A stretch of 64,000 nucleotides of DNA from Hamiltosporidium tvaerminnensis FI-OER-3-3 (GCA_022605425.2 JAKIMF020000007.1:558001-622000), one strand, 5' to 3'. Shown: positions 26,542 through 40,049, counted from the first letter of the stretch. The notes: generated by a model from the sequence alone, not told the origin. A program made the numbers and translations.

Positions 26542-28795
26542 CTAAACCTCTTTAATATTCTTAATAACCATTTTTATATCCTCAATAGAGTCCAGATTAC
26601 CGCACGCAGTAATATCACCTAAGCACTCACCATTCAAAAGACATTTCAAAACTCTTCGCATAATTTTACCCGTTCTTGTTTTAGGAAGTTCATTACAAAT
26701 AATTACATGTCTTACATTACACAGTGTACCGATCGTATTTCTAACAGTCTTCTTCACACATTCTTTTATCTTCTCACAAATACTATAATCATATTTCACT
26801 ACAAATGCTACTATGCACTGTCCTGTAAGTTCATCGTTCATAGGTACTACTGCTGCTTCTACTACACCTTCACTACTACATACAACACTTTCAATCTGCA
26901 TCGTACTTAGTCTATGTCCACTCACATTCATCACATCATCTGCTCGCCCCACTATATGATAATATCCTTTGGAATCCATATAACACTCATCACCAGTATA
27001 ATAATAACCAGGATATTTTGTATAATATTTTAAATATCTAGAATGGTCATTTAATATTGTAAAAGCCATAGAAGGAAATCTACCTTTAAGTAATAATAAA
27101 CCTATTTCACCAACACCAGCTCTAACGAAAATTTCTTTGTCTTCGTTGAGATTTTGGTTGAGAGTTTTACTTTCTTGTTTTTCAGATTCCTGTCTTTCAA
27201 TTTCAGAAAAAATTCTTTTTTCGTCTCTAATTTCGAATTCATTAAAATTTTCATTTTCTTCAACTTTTTTTGCTATAAAAGGTTCCACACCGTAAAAGGG
27301 AACACCAACACATTCTGGTCCACAATCTACGCCATTTTCAGGTGCAAGTATGACAGAACCCTGTTTCTGTCTGCCAATATGTATCAATAATAGGCAATTT
27401 ATCGCTGCCAAATATATTCTTGAACCAATGCATACGCTTCTTTATTTAAAGGTTCTCCCATACATGCTATACCTTTCAATCTACTCATATTATAGGCATT
27501 TTTACCCACCAAATCTTCTTTTTTCACGACTTTTTGTAGCATTCGAACAACAGTAGGTGCAGTAGAATAATGAGTAACTTTACATTTATCAATAATTTTA
27601 AGCATAATGAAATTATCTGGAAATAAAGGCATCCCTCCGAATATAACAGTGCATCCACCTACCAATAAGGGTCCATACAAAGTAAGAGAATGAGCAGCTG
27701 CCCATCCCAAATCAGCCGTACAGAAAAATACATCGCTTCTTCCAAAACAAAACACGTCAGAAACCGACAACGCAGATCCCAACAAGTATCCCGCAGTTGA
27801 ATGTGCTATACCTTTCGGTTTACCTGTAGAACCACTTGTATACAAGTAAAACAACGGATGCGTCGAATCCACAGAAACGCACGGCACATTATCACCTGCA
27901 AGATCTATATCATAAAATTTATCCACCTTCGTTTCACCCACACACGATTCCACGATATCTTCGCACTGATCATAAATCAGAATGCGTTCAACTTTTATAT
28001 TTCTTACCAATTTTACTGCATTTTTTACATTTTCAAAATAATTAATAGAATTCTTCCCTCTTCTTCCCCTCATCACAGTAACAACAATTTTACTCTTCGT
28101 TTCTTCTAATTCTCATCGCCAAACTATCTACACTAAATCCACCAAACACCACATTATGAGGTATTCCTAATCTAGCACATCCTAGCATCGCAAATACCGT
28201 CTCGGGCATATTGGGCATATAAATAGTTATCGCATCCATCTTCGTAATATCTACCACCGACATAATATATTCACAGTATTTATTGATTTCCTTTTTAAGT
28301 GAATTATATGTATAGCTTAAGTATTTGCACCCTCATTGCTTACATATACCAATGCCTTCTTATCTCCATATTTTAAACAGTGTCTATCCACACAATTATA
28401 ACATGCATTTATTTTACCACCCACAAACCATCCATCTTTGTTGTAAACACTGTCATATTTCTTATCAAATGTCAAATATTTTGTAGCTGATAAGTCAAAA
28501 AAAATCATCTGTATTTCTTATACTCATTATATATTTACTTTTAAAATCTAATGGCATTTCATCAGGGTAAAATAACATTCTTAAGCAATCTCTTTCCACC
28601 CTCATTATATTCTTTAACATCGTATTGAGTATTCTTTTCTTTGTTCCCTCTAATATTCTTTTCTATATCCAATCCTCCTCCATTTTCCTTCTCACCATAT
28701 TCACCTACATCATAACACTTCTCACTATACTCACCTACATCATACTCACCTTCACTATACTCCTTACTTCTCTTTATCTTGTTCTGTTCCACCAT
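26542..28795 (-). CDS. acs: Acetyl-CoA synthetase (AMP-forming), interrupted by several frameshifts in this sequence
   Basis: Signature motifs across frames: WFVGGKINACYNCVDRH, IYMPNMPETVFAMLGCARLG..HNVVFGGFS, YTSGSTGKPKG, TADLGW, DTYWQTETG, YYTGD, GRADDVMNVSGHRL, LPKTRTGKIMRR. The start codon is uncertain (28795 or ~28557). Confidence 0.9.
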
Positions 28796-29189
28796 AAAGG
28801 TCTCTCATTTTTTTTTATATTTATATTTTTTTATAAATTATTTGATCTATAAAATCGCCATATTTTGCTATTTAAGGAAATATAATTTGACGTTTATGAA
28901 AATTTAATTTAAAAGAGCTGATAAATTAATATAATCGATCAATATAACAGAAAGAAGTAAAATAATAAATTAAAAGACTTAAGTATTGAAAGTTATGTGT
29001 ATGTATACTATTGTATATGTATATTGGGAATGGATAGAAATGGTCAGGTTACGATAGAAAAGATTGATCCAACTTATAAGATAACCAGTAGAAGTAATAA
29101 ATATTTTAAATTATAGGATAAGGGATGGATGTTAAATTAATGGATATTTTATTTTATAAATATAACTGTTATGTTTGTTATAAAAGCAC

Positions 29190-29420
29190 AATACTAACAC
29201 CTCTTACTTAGTACTTAGTATTATTTTATAATTAACACCCATTATTTACTACTATTATATATAACACCCCTTTATCATACTACTTATATTTAACACCCCT
29301 TTATCTAACCTCCCTTTATCATACTCTATTTGTTTAACACCCACTTACTGATACCTATAACACTTAGTCGTCTGTAAGTAAAAACCTTTATCATACTCTT
29401 ATATTTAACACCCACCTACA
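29190..29420. repeat. Degenerate dispersed/tandem TTAACACCC repeat
   Basis: (T)TAACACC(C) recurs about six times. TTTATCATACT and GTC.TCTGTAAGTA units are also duplicated and overlap the stop of ORF 29405-29752. Confidence 0.6.
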
Positions 29421-30020
29421 GGTATGTCTAGGACCCAGTCTTCTGTAAGTAATTCATAAACAATTTCATCCAAATATTTAACATCTTTTTTATTACTACA
29501 ATTAATTACTGTTATTTTACGATAATCATTTAAAAAAATATTTATATTTATTGGTTGATTAGATAGTTTTATATAGAAGAGTAATAATATTAACGTGTAC
29601 TTATTAACAGGAGATATATAGGGTGATGTTTTGGGTGTATCGAGGGATGTGTTAGATGTATATGTGTTATATACGTTAATATTAGATCTATCAATAATAC
29701 CTTTATCACCATTATCATCTTTATCTTTATTATTACTGCTATAATTCCCCACACTCTTTACTTTCCATCATTTGTTTGATCTTTAAAAGACACAAAATTG
29801 TTTCTTTTGATGGTTTAAATCTGTGTAAAAAGTAAAGACAAATAAGAAACGGATGCACATCATCGTATATAAAGGAACCTATAGATGTAAGTGTAGAAGA
29901 GTATTGTAATAAAGAATTTAGTGTAGGAAAAGAGTACTTAGTGGGTGAAGTAGTTAATTTGTGTTGTATTTTTTGTGATATTGATTTCGGAAATAAAGAA
30001 GTGTGTTTTGTGTCTTTCAT
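29405..30020 (-). CDS. Hypothetical protein, probably one gene split by a frameshift near 29745
   Basis: Two overlapping same-strand ORFs (30020-29739, 29752-29405) with protein-like composition. No recognisable motif. Confidence 0.55.
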
Positions 30021-31029
30021 TTGAAGGATTAAAAATACAGTGTTTTAAAAGCGGTAGAATTGATCGATATAAAGGAATATATTTTAAAAGCTGTTTTAAG
30101 ATTTGATTGAAGATGCTCTATAATTGTTAAAAATGGTTATATTGGTTATTTAAAATATTTTTAATGGTAAAAACAGAATATTTGGCGGGAAATATAAAAA
30201 AATATAGAAAACTAGGAAATAGAAATGTAGGAACTATTTTTTAATGTGTAATGAATATGTTAAACAATTTGTTAACAAGAAATGGCTATTCAAATAATTT
30301 TTTATTATGAAAGTTATATTTAAATTTAATTTTTACAGAATATTTAATATATTTAATTATCTACTATATAACTACTTAAGAATAAAATACAAAATATTTG
30401 TTTATAAATATCTGAAGTGATGAATTCTTTCAAATTACATAATTACAAAGGAAAAATACAGCGTTTTATCAAAATGGTGTTCAATTTTTATGTTCTGTAA
30501 TGATTTAAAAAGAGTAAATTTTATATAAATTGCTTAACTACCTTATAAGGAAATATAAAAATTAAAAAGTGGGAAATTAAATCGTATTTTTTTCTGTTGG
30601 TTTATAAGAAATATAATAATTTGAAACGAAAAAAGTAAAATTTATTTTTAAAGTTTTTTTACAACTAAAAAGGGAAAAATAGAGGAATAAAAAATGTATT
30701 TTTTATTCGTTAGTTTTTAATGAAGAGAAATAATATAGGAATATAAAAGGAAGGAAGTCAATTATACATATGGAAATCAACATTTATATTTAATAAAATC
30801 CTATTTAAATATAAAGAGAGGATTGCCTAGATTTTCTGGAAATCAGCTAAGTTTGAAGTACGTCTCTAACAAGGAGATCGTCTTGCTGCTCACCGTTCCT
30901 TTGTTATTATAAAATGGATTGTTTTCATAAAATAAATAATTGTCTTTATTGGTTTTATTCATCTTGGCACACCTTTTCTTTATTTTAAAATATAAAATAA
31001 AAATATTATATCTTTGTGATATAAATATA

Positions 31030-31740
31030 TCACAAGGATTTCAATGCTAAAACTTTCTGCTTAGAAATAAATGTGTCAAATTGGTGGTAAATATTTTTTT
31101 CGGTTTTAGGTGGACAAAAAAGCTCACCACATTTTCGCATATTCCTAGGATTTTGATATGAAAAAGAATGTGAACAAGTAGTATAACCTTTTTTCACAGA
31201 CTTAGATAATGGTTTTTAATGTAATTAGATTCTGATCGTTGCCGAAAATGTTAGGTATTGCCATGCAAAAGCATCGAGACCAGTGCTTACTCACCTCGGT
31301 TTGAAGACCTTGCGTTTGGAAGATAAAACAACTATTATTTAGAAACCCAGAAAGCTAAGGAGCAGCTTATATTTGTTGGTGTGACATTGTAATGTTTAGG
31401 CAAATCTCATAAAAATGCGAGTCTATATTTTAGAGAGAATATACTCGGAGCTTTAAGTTCAGAGAAAGTGGGAGTGCTGCTGTATGTGGGGTTTCTCTAG
31501 GCAAACTTAAACTTGCAATTAAACTGATTGAAACGAACAGTAAGGCCCTCGATGTATTTGTTCCGCAAAATTTAATGAGTTCTTCTCAACTTTTAAATGA
31601 AAAACTTTCATATTTAGGTATCCTGGAGCATGAATTCTATGTGAAGAAAAGGAGGCACTTATCTATGTATACTTCGAATTGCCTTTATGCTAGCTAAACG
31701 ATATATCACATACTTTAAAAAAGATGAGATTTTAATAAAT
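31030..31740 (+). mobile_element. Family A SINE-like element, near full length, decayed
   Basis: AAAACTTTCTGCTT head, TTGCCATGCAAAAGCAT, GAAAGCTAAGGAGCAG, TGTTGGTGTGACATTG, GTTCAGA..AAGTGGGAGTGCTGC, and tail TTTAAAAAAGATGAGATTTTAATAAA. Confidence 0.8.
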
Positions 31741-34700
31741 TATTTTATAGTCTGTATGATATATTCAACTCAAATTCAATTACAAAACTGTTAATTATAG
31801 AAGTTTTTGGTTATTTTAAGGATTCTATAAACAATTTAAATAATAAAATCTATTTTAAGTTTTTCTCCTCTCGATTCTAAATTATTAATTAGATTTCAGA
31901 CAAATTTTAATTTTGATTTATTAAGCTTATTATTAATACAATATCCTATTTGTAAGTTAATGAATTATACTTCTTTTGTATATCTAAAATCGCAAGCGCA
32001 CTTCCACCAAGACATTTAAACTATTACCTTGTATAATCTTGAATTCTACGGCTTAATATGTAATTATGAATTGATAAAGATGGTTGTCTAGTAGTTCTCT
32101 GCTTCTGATCTATACAATAAATACTATTTTTAGCGCAATGAATGTAAAATATATGATGTTTTTCTATAAAGGAAAAAGTTAAATTTCACAAATCATGTTA
32201 ATTTGAATTAATAGTGTGTGAATTTTATACCCAAACAACATAAAAATAGAAAAAATGATTAAGTTTTTGGATCGAACGTTTTTTTAACATTGAATTATAG
32301 AAAGAATAAATCTGGATTAATATTAGAGTTAAAAAAAAAGAAAAACTGATAGATGAATAGCATCTTCTAGAGAGTCTTTTATTTATTAAAATAGTTTATG
32401 AATGTAATGAAATGCAAATTGAACTCGATTCTGATTCAATTTCAATTAAAAACTTCAAGTTATTTAACGTATGATCGAAATTTTATGAGATTCGCAATAT
32501 TAGTCATACAAATTTATAAAAATTTCGTTTAAGAAACTTAAATCGTATATAAAAAGATCCATATTTTTATTAGAACATTATTTTCCAGTAAATAGCGAAG
32601 ATTATATAAGGCTTTTTTTTAGATTTATATTTTATACATTTAAATTTTGATCAAGATTTTAAAAAAAATTCAACTACGAAATTTATTAAATTATATGAAT
32701 GCAATCGAACACATATTTTATACTAATTGCTTGATTATTCCTTATGATTTAATTTATGTTAAATAGTGAGTTTAAGCAGAATAGATTTTTTTAAAAAAGC
32801 ACCAAAGTTGAGCCTTTGAATATTTGACCAAATTTAGTATTCTTTTCACCAATTGACATGCTATGAAACATTAAATATTTTGAAAAAAAAATAAATATGT
32901 AAAATTGTGGTTCTAAGATCCTTTTTTAGAAATTTGATAAGGTTATTAAAGTGAATACGTGTTCTTTTTGGAAAACCAATTTTATTAGATTATAACGTTT
33001 TTAAATTATTAATAGAAAAAAATACAACTTTTAAAACACTTGTTTAAATCTTTAAAAATTTATAAATGCATTTTTGTACATTTATAGATTAAAACTAGAG
33101 ATTTATATTCTAAAAACATATATTTTTAATGTATATTTTGGTACATGTCATCTTAGAATTTTTTCTTTAGTTCGAAAACATTTTCAACGTTTTTTCTTTT
33201 ATAACTATAAAACTTCATAAAATGATGGTTTTAGATCTTAATACAGTATTTTAAAGATAAAAATTTAGTAATGAGAAATATTTCATAGCAGAAGTAACTT
33301 TCTCTATATTTTAAATGGTGATATAACGATAATTGAAAGCCCGGAAACAAAAATATTTCCACGGAATGCTGTGAATAATTTATATGAAGGCGCCCCTGTG
33401 AACTTCACGCAAAGAAAACATTATAATACATGTATAAAGGATTTAAAATTTTACAAATCCCGGTATAATAAAGGTGTGAAGGCACTGTGCATTATCGATA
33501 AAATCTTTATAAAATCACCCTCATCATTTATTATAAGATCAAAGAGAATCCGAATTAATTAAATTCCTACGTTTATATTGAAATGTGTTGAGTTTTAGAA
33601 AATTATACTTCGAAAAATGCCTAAATTTAAAACCATATTGATTTATATTAAAAATATTTCCATTATAAAACGAATTTACACTTTTTCTAAATCAAATAAA
33701 TTACGAATTATGATTTTTAGTCAACAGAATCAAGATTTAAGATGAAGTTATTAAAGAGCAATCTAAAAAAAATTTAATTGAATTTTTTTTTTACATTTTT
33801 CAAATTTTATTTTTTTGTTTATAATTTACTGTTCTCGAGCTCGTTGAAACGAACTTTATTTTACATGTAACAAAACTAAATAAAAAAGATTTATGGTTAA
33901 TCTTAAACTTAATCCGAGCAACAGTTTCTCAATATTTCTAATAAGAATGTATATTCTTGCTAGTTTGTTTTTCGTATATTTTTATAGTCTTTCATTTTCG
34001 AATTATCAGCAGCTTCTGAGCAATTTCTTAATATAAAATTTAAGTTTTTTTTACCTGTATATTTCTTTCTCTTTGTTTTATCTACTTGGAATTTTTCGGA
34101 GCCTAAGCTAAGTATATTAATTTTTGTCTTTTCAGTTTAACATCTATTTATATTCCATCTTGTTTTTTTCCCGATGTAATATTTTTAGTATGAAGAGTTT
34201 TTTTGTCTGAAAAAACCGTGCTTTTTAACTATGCTGAAGAGATTAATTTATTTTTTGTTCTAACTCATAGTCATTTTTATTAAAAATCTTTTAATTTGAT
34301 GAGGTATAAAATTTCATGAATAATCCAAGCGGAAATTGTTTTATACCGATATTATTGAAGGTTTAAATAAATTAATTACACAGAGGAATAGCAAAAAAAC
34401 ATCAATCATATTGTACAATCTGTTATGTATTAGTCAAAAACCAAAAAAAAACCCTCGGCAAAAGCAATTTAAATTATTTTTTACAAAATGAACACGATAG
34501 GAAAATAGAAAAAAATCTATTTATTGTGTCATTCTTGCCACAAAAAAAAGATTTTTATAACAGATATTTAAATATATTTTTAAACAATAAAATCTTTCTA
34601 AGTGTTTCCTACTCACTTCTTCTTACTATTATTGGTTGGGTAAAGTTTATGAACAAATAGAAAGAAACATATCTTAATTGGAGCACTCATATCGGTGTCT

Positions 34701-35191
34701 TGTATTTTTTTAACTAATTAAGTATTTCGAGGTGGGTCGTCTTCAAGGTATTAATGATTATATGCCAATTTTTAACGTATAACGAAACTTTTAGAGGATT
34801 ATCTTTTAATATTAATAATATATTTTTTCTTCGTTTTTATTTTTCAAAAAATATATTTCTAAAAAGCAAGTTTAGTTTTAATAAATTCTAGATTAAAATC
34901 TTTTTCCTTTTTAAATATTTAATTCTACTCTTTAAACCTTTTCTTCTTACTCAGACACTTCATGTATGGTTAATTTTGGTTCTCCGATTTAAAAAAAAAG
35001 AGACAAAATATTTTTTTATATTTACTTGTTCCACATCTGCTTACCTGTACTCGTTTGTTTTAAAGTTTTTTTGTTCATTACGCCTCTCAGCTCTTTTAGT
35101 AACAACTATTTGCACTCTTTTCCAGCTGTATTTTGCATTTCGTCGTGACTCAAGTTCTTCGGGTAGAATATTGCAAGAAATCCACTGGTTT

Positions 35192-35235
35192 GTGCTTTTA
35201 CACATCCTATTCGGTGCTTTTACACATCCTATTCC
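35192..35235. repeat. 22-bp tandem duplication
   Basis: GTGCTTTTACACATCCTATTC(G/C) twice in tandem. Confidence 0.85.
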
Positions 35236-35395
35236 ACTACATTTATCTTTATTTAATTTATCGGTGTCGTATATATAGCTCTTTAGTTATCTATTTTAGA
35301 ATGCAGACTTTTTTCTTAATTCACAAAAATAATTTTTTTCCATGAATCTATGTTATAGTTAAAATCACAAATATTTTAATTGGTTTTTTAATTTT

Positions 35396-35622
35396 GGGTG
35401 GAGAGAGGATAACCACATTAAAAACTATCTGCTTGGCAATGTGTGCCTAGAATTAGTGGAAAATCATTGTAAAGATTTTTGGTAGGATATAAACCACGCT
35501 GGATCTATAGGCAGAAGATCTCCTATAATCCTGAGTTATACCGATTAAAAGAAGCAAATGGGAATTTTCATTTGTTCATCCTCGATACGAGAAGTAAAAG
35601 AGAACAGGAGTAAGTAAGTAAG
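35396..35622 (+). mobile_element. Family B SINE-like element (~227 bp), best-preserved copy
   Basis: Head shared with family A (GTGGAGAGAGGATAACCACATTAAAAACTATCTGCTTGGCAATG). Tail GAGAACAGGAGTAAGTAAGTAAG. Flanked by 11-bp direct repeat TTTTTAATTTT (35385-35395, 35623-35633). Confidence 0.85.
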
Positions 35623-36740
35623 TTTTTAATTTTACCAAGAAATAAAAAAATTAAAGATCGATGATATGAAAGCAAAAAAACCTTCTTCCTAAAAAAAATG
35701 TTTCACTGTTTGATATTTATTAAAATTATCAAAAGCTTTAAAAATATCAAGAAATTCTGATAGTGTTTTGACATAATTAGAAAAGTCTTGAGAATTGATT
35801 TTTTAAAAGTCGTACATTATTACTTTTAGATTTACTACATTGGATGGTATCAGACAAAATATATCTTTTTTGAGGCGTGATTATGTGCCTAAGGCCGTTC
35901 TCTATATTTTTATGTAGATCATTTTCACGTCATTGAATGGTTTTGAAGCGGTAAATAAATGTAAGAACATATGGGAAGTTCTCGATCAAGTTTTTCTTGT
36001 AACTTTTCTCAACTTTTTGAGGATTTTTTCAAAACTGTATTATACTTTAAAATAGTCTAGGCTATTCTTGCTGGAGCTTCCATAAAACTACATGGTATAA
36101 ATATTCGCTATTGGGTAGTGTCTTTCGAGAAGGAGTTTATTGTATCTAATTCCCTTTTAACGGCTATACGCTCCATACTTAAACTAAACATTAATATGTA
36201 ACCTCGATGTAAAAGATAAAAACTCGGTATATAAGTGAAAAACATTCTATGTTTATATCAGTTCTCTTCTAGTATATCAGCATCTAAGGTTTTAACACAA
36301 TAAGCCGCTGGGTTTTGCACAGAAAAGTTTAATTTCATGAGTTTTATATTTATTTTGCCTTTTTCCGAGCTGTTACCTATATTTTTCTAGATTTTTTAAA
36401 CGTATTTCATTTTGACTTTTCATTTTCATCAATTTTTATGGATTCCTTTAAGTTCTTAAAACAATAAAAAGTATTTTCTATTTTATAAAAAAAAGGCTGT
36501 CTTTTTGATTTTACATTTTTTTGAAGTGCAATTTACCCAAAAATATAATTTTATATGTCAAAAGTCAATCAAAGACGTCAAAATATCATTTTTGCTATTT
36601 TCAGCTAGATTTCGCTCCTATTAAAGAAAATTTTACATCTAAATTTAGATTGCATTTTTTTTACTTTCAAATAAATCGAAAAAATTACTATTTAAGTTAA
36701 ATTATAAAACTATAAATACGTTTTTTTTTCTCCTTTTAGT

Positions 36741-38226
36741 ATGAACAAGAAAAAAAAACAGGTGATATTCGTTATTGGTGGTAGTATTCTGATATTTCTT
36801 ATACTGGGTCTTGTTATGGCTATTCTGAACGCGAATCGCTTGTGTAAAAATCTACAAAAAGAATTTATAGAATTTGAAAACTCAGAAGTAGGTGCTCAAG
36901 TTTTGAAAACATGTCAAGGAAGTGATAAGATTTCTCTTGGTTTTGCTGTATTAGAGAATTCTAAAAAAATATTATTTCCTCTGGGTGTTTGTTTTAAAAA
37001 TTATAAGGCAGTTAATGAAACAATTCGAATATTATTTGAAAAACTCTATAAATGTTTAACAAAAGAAGAAGAAAATAACGTTAGAAAATTGAGTGCCGAT
37101 ACCAGTTTAATTTTTATACCATGGGTTTTTGAAATGGAATCATTAAAAGAATTCTGTAAAAAATATAACCCGAATTTATTTCAACGGATCGGACTTTTCT
37201 TTTTAAAAAATAAAAATTTACTTCTATTTATACCAAAGTATGTAGAAAGCTTTGATCAAGCTTTTCAAAAAAAACCAATAAGTTTTGGGTCTTTGGAACA
37301 ATATATCTTTGAAAAAACAGTGAAATTCAAAATAAAATCTATTGAAGGTACTTTTCCTTGTCCTGGGTCTTCTTCTCAAGATATGTCAGCAGGAACTGAT
37401 ATTGATTTTAGAAGTGATAGAAAACTAGACTGGCTGTTATTTTTTATGTATAAATCATATAAAAATAATCCAGAGGAAATTTTCGAAGAAATTTTAAATT
37501 TACTAGGAGAGAATGTTCTATCTTGGTTCTCTGGAAATATAGTTAGACTGGTATACTTCTTTACAGTAAAAGAAGTGTCAAATCCAGAAATCGAAGATTT
37601 TATTTCAAAATTAAAAGATAAAACGGAAAATGATTGTGTTAGAATTGTAAAGGAATACAACCAATCTAAAAACTTTAAATGTTTGTATAGGCTTGGATAA
37701 ATTGATTTCGGACTTTGCAATTGAAATCTTATGGGAATCTTTTCTTAATGATGAAAATGATGTCTCAATTCATTTAAATAATTCGAACGCATTTTTCGAG
37801 TGGATTCGAAATAAATATTATGGGGAGTTTCCTCGCTGTGAAAACGAAGATAATTTATATGGACCCAGTGCAGAACTCATGATGAAAGTAAAAAAGCTTA
37901 TAGAAGAATACGAGGACATATTAAAATATGTAGACAAAACTTTAAAAACCGCATTAAAAGATTATAAAGAAAGAGAAAATATGTCTGCAATTACAAGAGA
38001 AACGAATATTGAAGTGGCAGTTTCTTTCCTTAGAAAAACATTATTAGATGGATTTTTAACATCTGAAAAACAAAATATGAGGGCTCTTAAGTTTTTTGTC
38101 AAAATATTTGGCTTGATATTACACGTTTACTCAGATGCAGTTCATACTATTGATTTCATTGAAGATTTTGCATTTAAACTTATTTTACCAAATTTGGAAA
38201 TTCTAAGGAGCGTCATTTTCAAATAA
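36741..38226 (+). CDS. Hypothetical protein with N-terminal membrane anchor, probably one ~495-aa gene with a frameshift near 37690
   Basis: Basic N-terminus MNKKKK followed by a ~24-aa hydrophobic helix. The second ORF overlaps the first by 8 nt and starts at TTG, as expected for a frameshifted continuation. Confidence 0.7.
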
Positions 38227-38320
38227 AAAAGTCTTTGATTTAAATAAGTTCTGTTGAATATTTTCTAACTTAAAATCTCTAGGTTTCAATATTTTTGAAT
38301 AAAAAATTTTTGTTTTCAAT

Positions 38321-39047
38321 TTTTATTTAAAAGTATCACATCTTTTTTAAAAAGTGGCAAGTGTTATATTTTTTTCATGACATTAACGCAGTTCTAGGTT
38401 TAACATAAATGACTGCTACCCAACACCCCATCGGTAACCCCTGCGATACCTACGTCCCAAAGCCTTTCATCTACCAGGTGTGTAGAACCTAATTAATAGG
38501 CGAGGCAGTTGCCCGGAGTTCGTTAATGTCCGTTGCATGGAGTGTGATCGAAGGCCGAAGCCCCCCCTGGGCTCCCCCAAGACTATGCAGCATTCCCACT
38601 TACTCTACACTTTCTGAACCCAATAAACTTCTAGCTAAGATATATTTCAGAGACTTACATGGGGTCTACCTAGACAGTGCAATGTCATACCAACAGGTAT
38701 AACCTGCTACTTAGCTCTCCCGGCTTTTAATGGTTTTGATTTTTATATATCGCAGGCGCTAAGTCTTCTAACCCGAGTGAGCAAGGCTAGGTTTCCATGC
38801 TTTTACATGGCAATTACCTACATGTTCAGCTGCGGTCTGCAATCTGGTAACATAAAAAACTATAAATAAATTTGTAGAAAAAGTTTCTCCATTTCTTAGA
38901 CCTCTCCCCTTCATAACAACTCCCATGGAACAACCAAAGATGTAGTGTGGTTTTATTCCCACCAAAAATCCAAACAATGACCTCACACCAGTTTCACACA
39001 CTCATTGCCAAGCAGAAAGTTTTTTGTGTGGTTATCCTCCCTCCACA
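38321..39047 (-). mobile_element. Family A SINE-like element (727 bp), young full-length copy with TSD
   Basis: Near-identical to 52862-53590 and 63607-64000. Flanked by 13-bp direct repeat TTTTGTTTTCAAT (38308-38320, 39048-39060). No terminal inverted repeats. 3' end GATGTGATACTTTTAAATAAAA. Confidence 0.92.
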
Positions 39048-40049
39048 TTTTGTTTTCAATAATATAAGTTTTTTTTTTATTAAAGCACTGTGTGTTGTAT
39101 TGTTACTATGACATGAATGGGGTTTTATGTTTTGGATAAGAGAATACTCTTCCCATTTTATTTATATTCTATATATACCCATATTCGATGGGTTTTCATC
39201 TAACTAATGTATCTCCAAACTCGGCCGCTGAAATTTTTTTTGTAGAGTAGGTGTTTTTAAATAAGCTAATAAATTATACAAAAAAATACAATTATAAATA
39301 ATTTTTATTGTGAATTTGCAATATCAAAAAATTTTATTTGTCTTATAACATTTTTTTCAACCATTACTCATATTTTTTTATACTAAAAAACTAAAAAGAA
39401 TAGCAAAAAATTAGTGTCAGAATTTATTAGTAATCCGATTGATGTATTTAAAATTTTTAATTTTAATGTGTTTAAAACCTGGGTTATGTTTACAGATAGA
39501 GACTAACAATAAAGACTTCAAGTACTTATCTGTTAATTTTAATCTGTAAACATTTTTGTGTATTTCATTTTAAAAATTTTTCTTCGTCTCACAAGATAAA
39601 GCTGAAGCAAATTAACCCTCCTGTAAATTTATGAAGTTTTAGAATTCTGAGGCTGGAAAACTTTTAATAAATTCTACAAATTAGCTTTAATATTTTTCTT
39701 TAAAATCTTGTGGAGATTTAATGGGTGGAAAGAAATAGTTAGCAGCTAAAATATACAAAATGAAAACCCAAAGGCTGTAAACGACATGGAAAATAGTTTA
39801 AGAGAGATAAAATTATGTGATATAGACGTAATAAAAATATACGAAAGACTTCTACTACAACCGACAATCCATCACCAAACCCACTTACCGTCAAACAATG
39901 CTCGCCAGACTACTCATTCTTCTCGCTCGTAACCATACCTCGTCTCTTTGTCCCAATTCATCTGCATTTAGACTAGCAAACACCATTAAAACCTCAACAC
40001 AGCTGCTATTTTAGGAAGAAACCTACTGATAGTATTACATTCAATACTT

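Noticed and set aside
34700-34760. Minus-strand CTTGAAGACGACCCACCTCGAAA, hammerhead/Penelope-like core
   Set aside because: Core deviates from CUGAnGA, stem II is only 2-3 bp, and stems I and III cannot be closed convincingly; single occurrence.
34950-35345. Possible Gypsy integrase C-terminal remnant on the minus strand
   Set aside because: Only vague compositional hints and no catalytic motif readable; needs a TBLASTN/HMM search.
38636-38658. AAGATATA and TTCAGAGACT resembling group I intron S and R elements
   Set aside because: Wrong order, on the antisense strand, and not conserved in the other young copies.
38768-39001. 77-aa ORF in family A (and 60-aa ORF at 52983-53165)
   Set aside because: Start, length and C-terminal frame differ between two near-identical copies, and the ORF is absent from the others; chance ORFs in a non-coding element.
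38321-39047. Family A as solo LTR, MITE, rRNA or telomerase RNA
   Set aside because: No CA 3' end or 4-6-bp TSD, no TIRs and no rRNA signatures. The CTAACCC at 38768 is antisense and missing from the 52862 copy.
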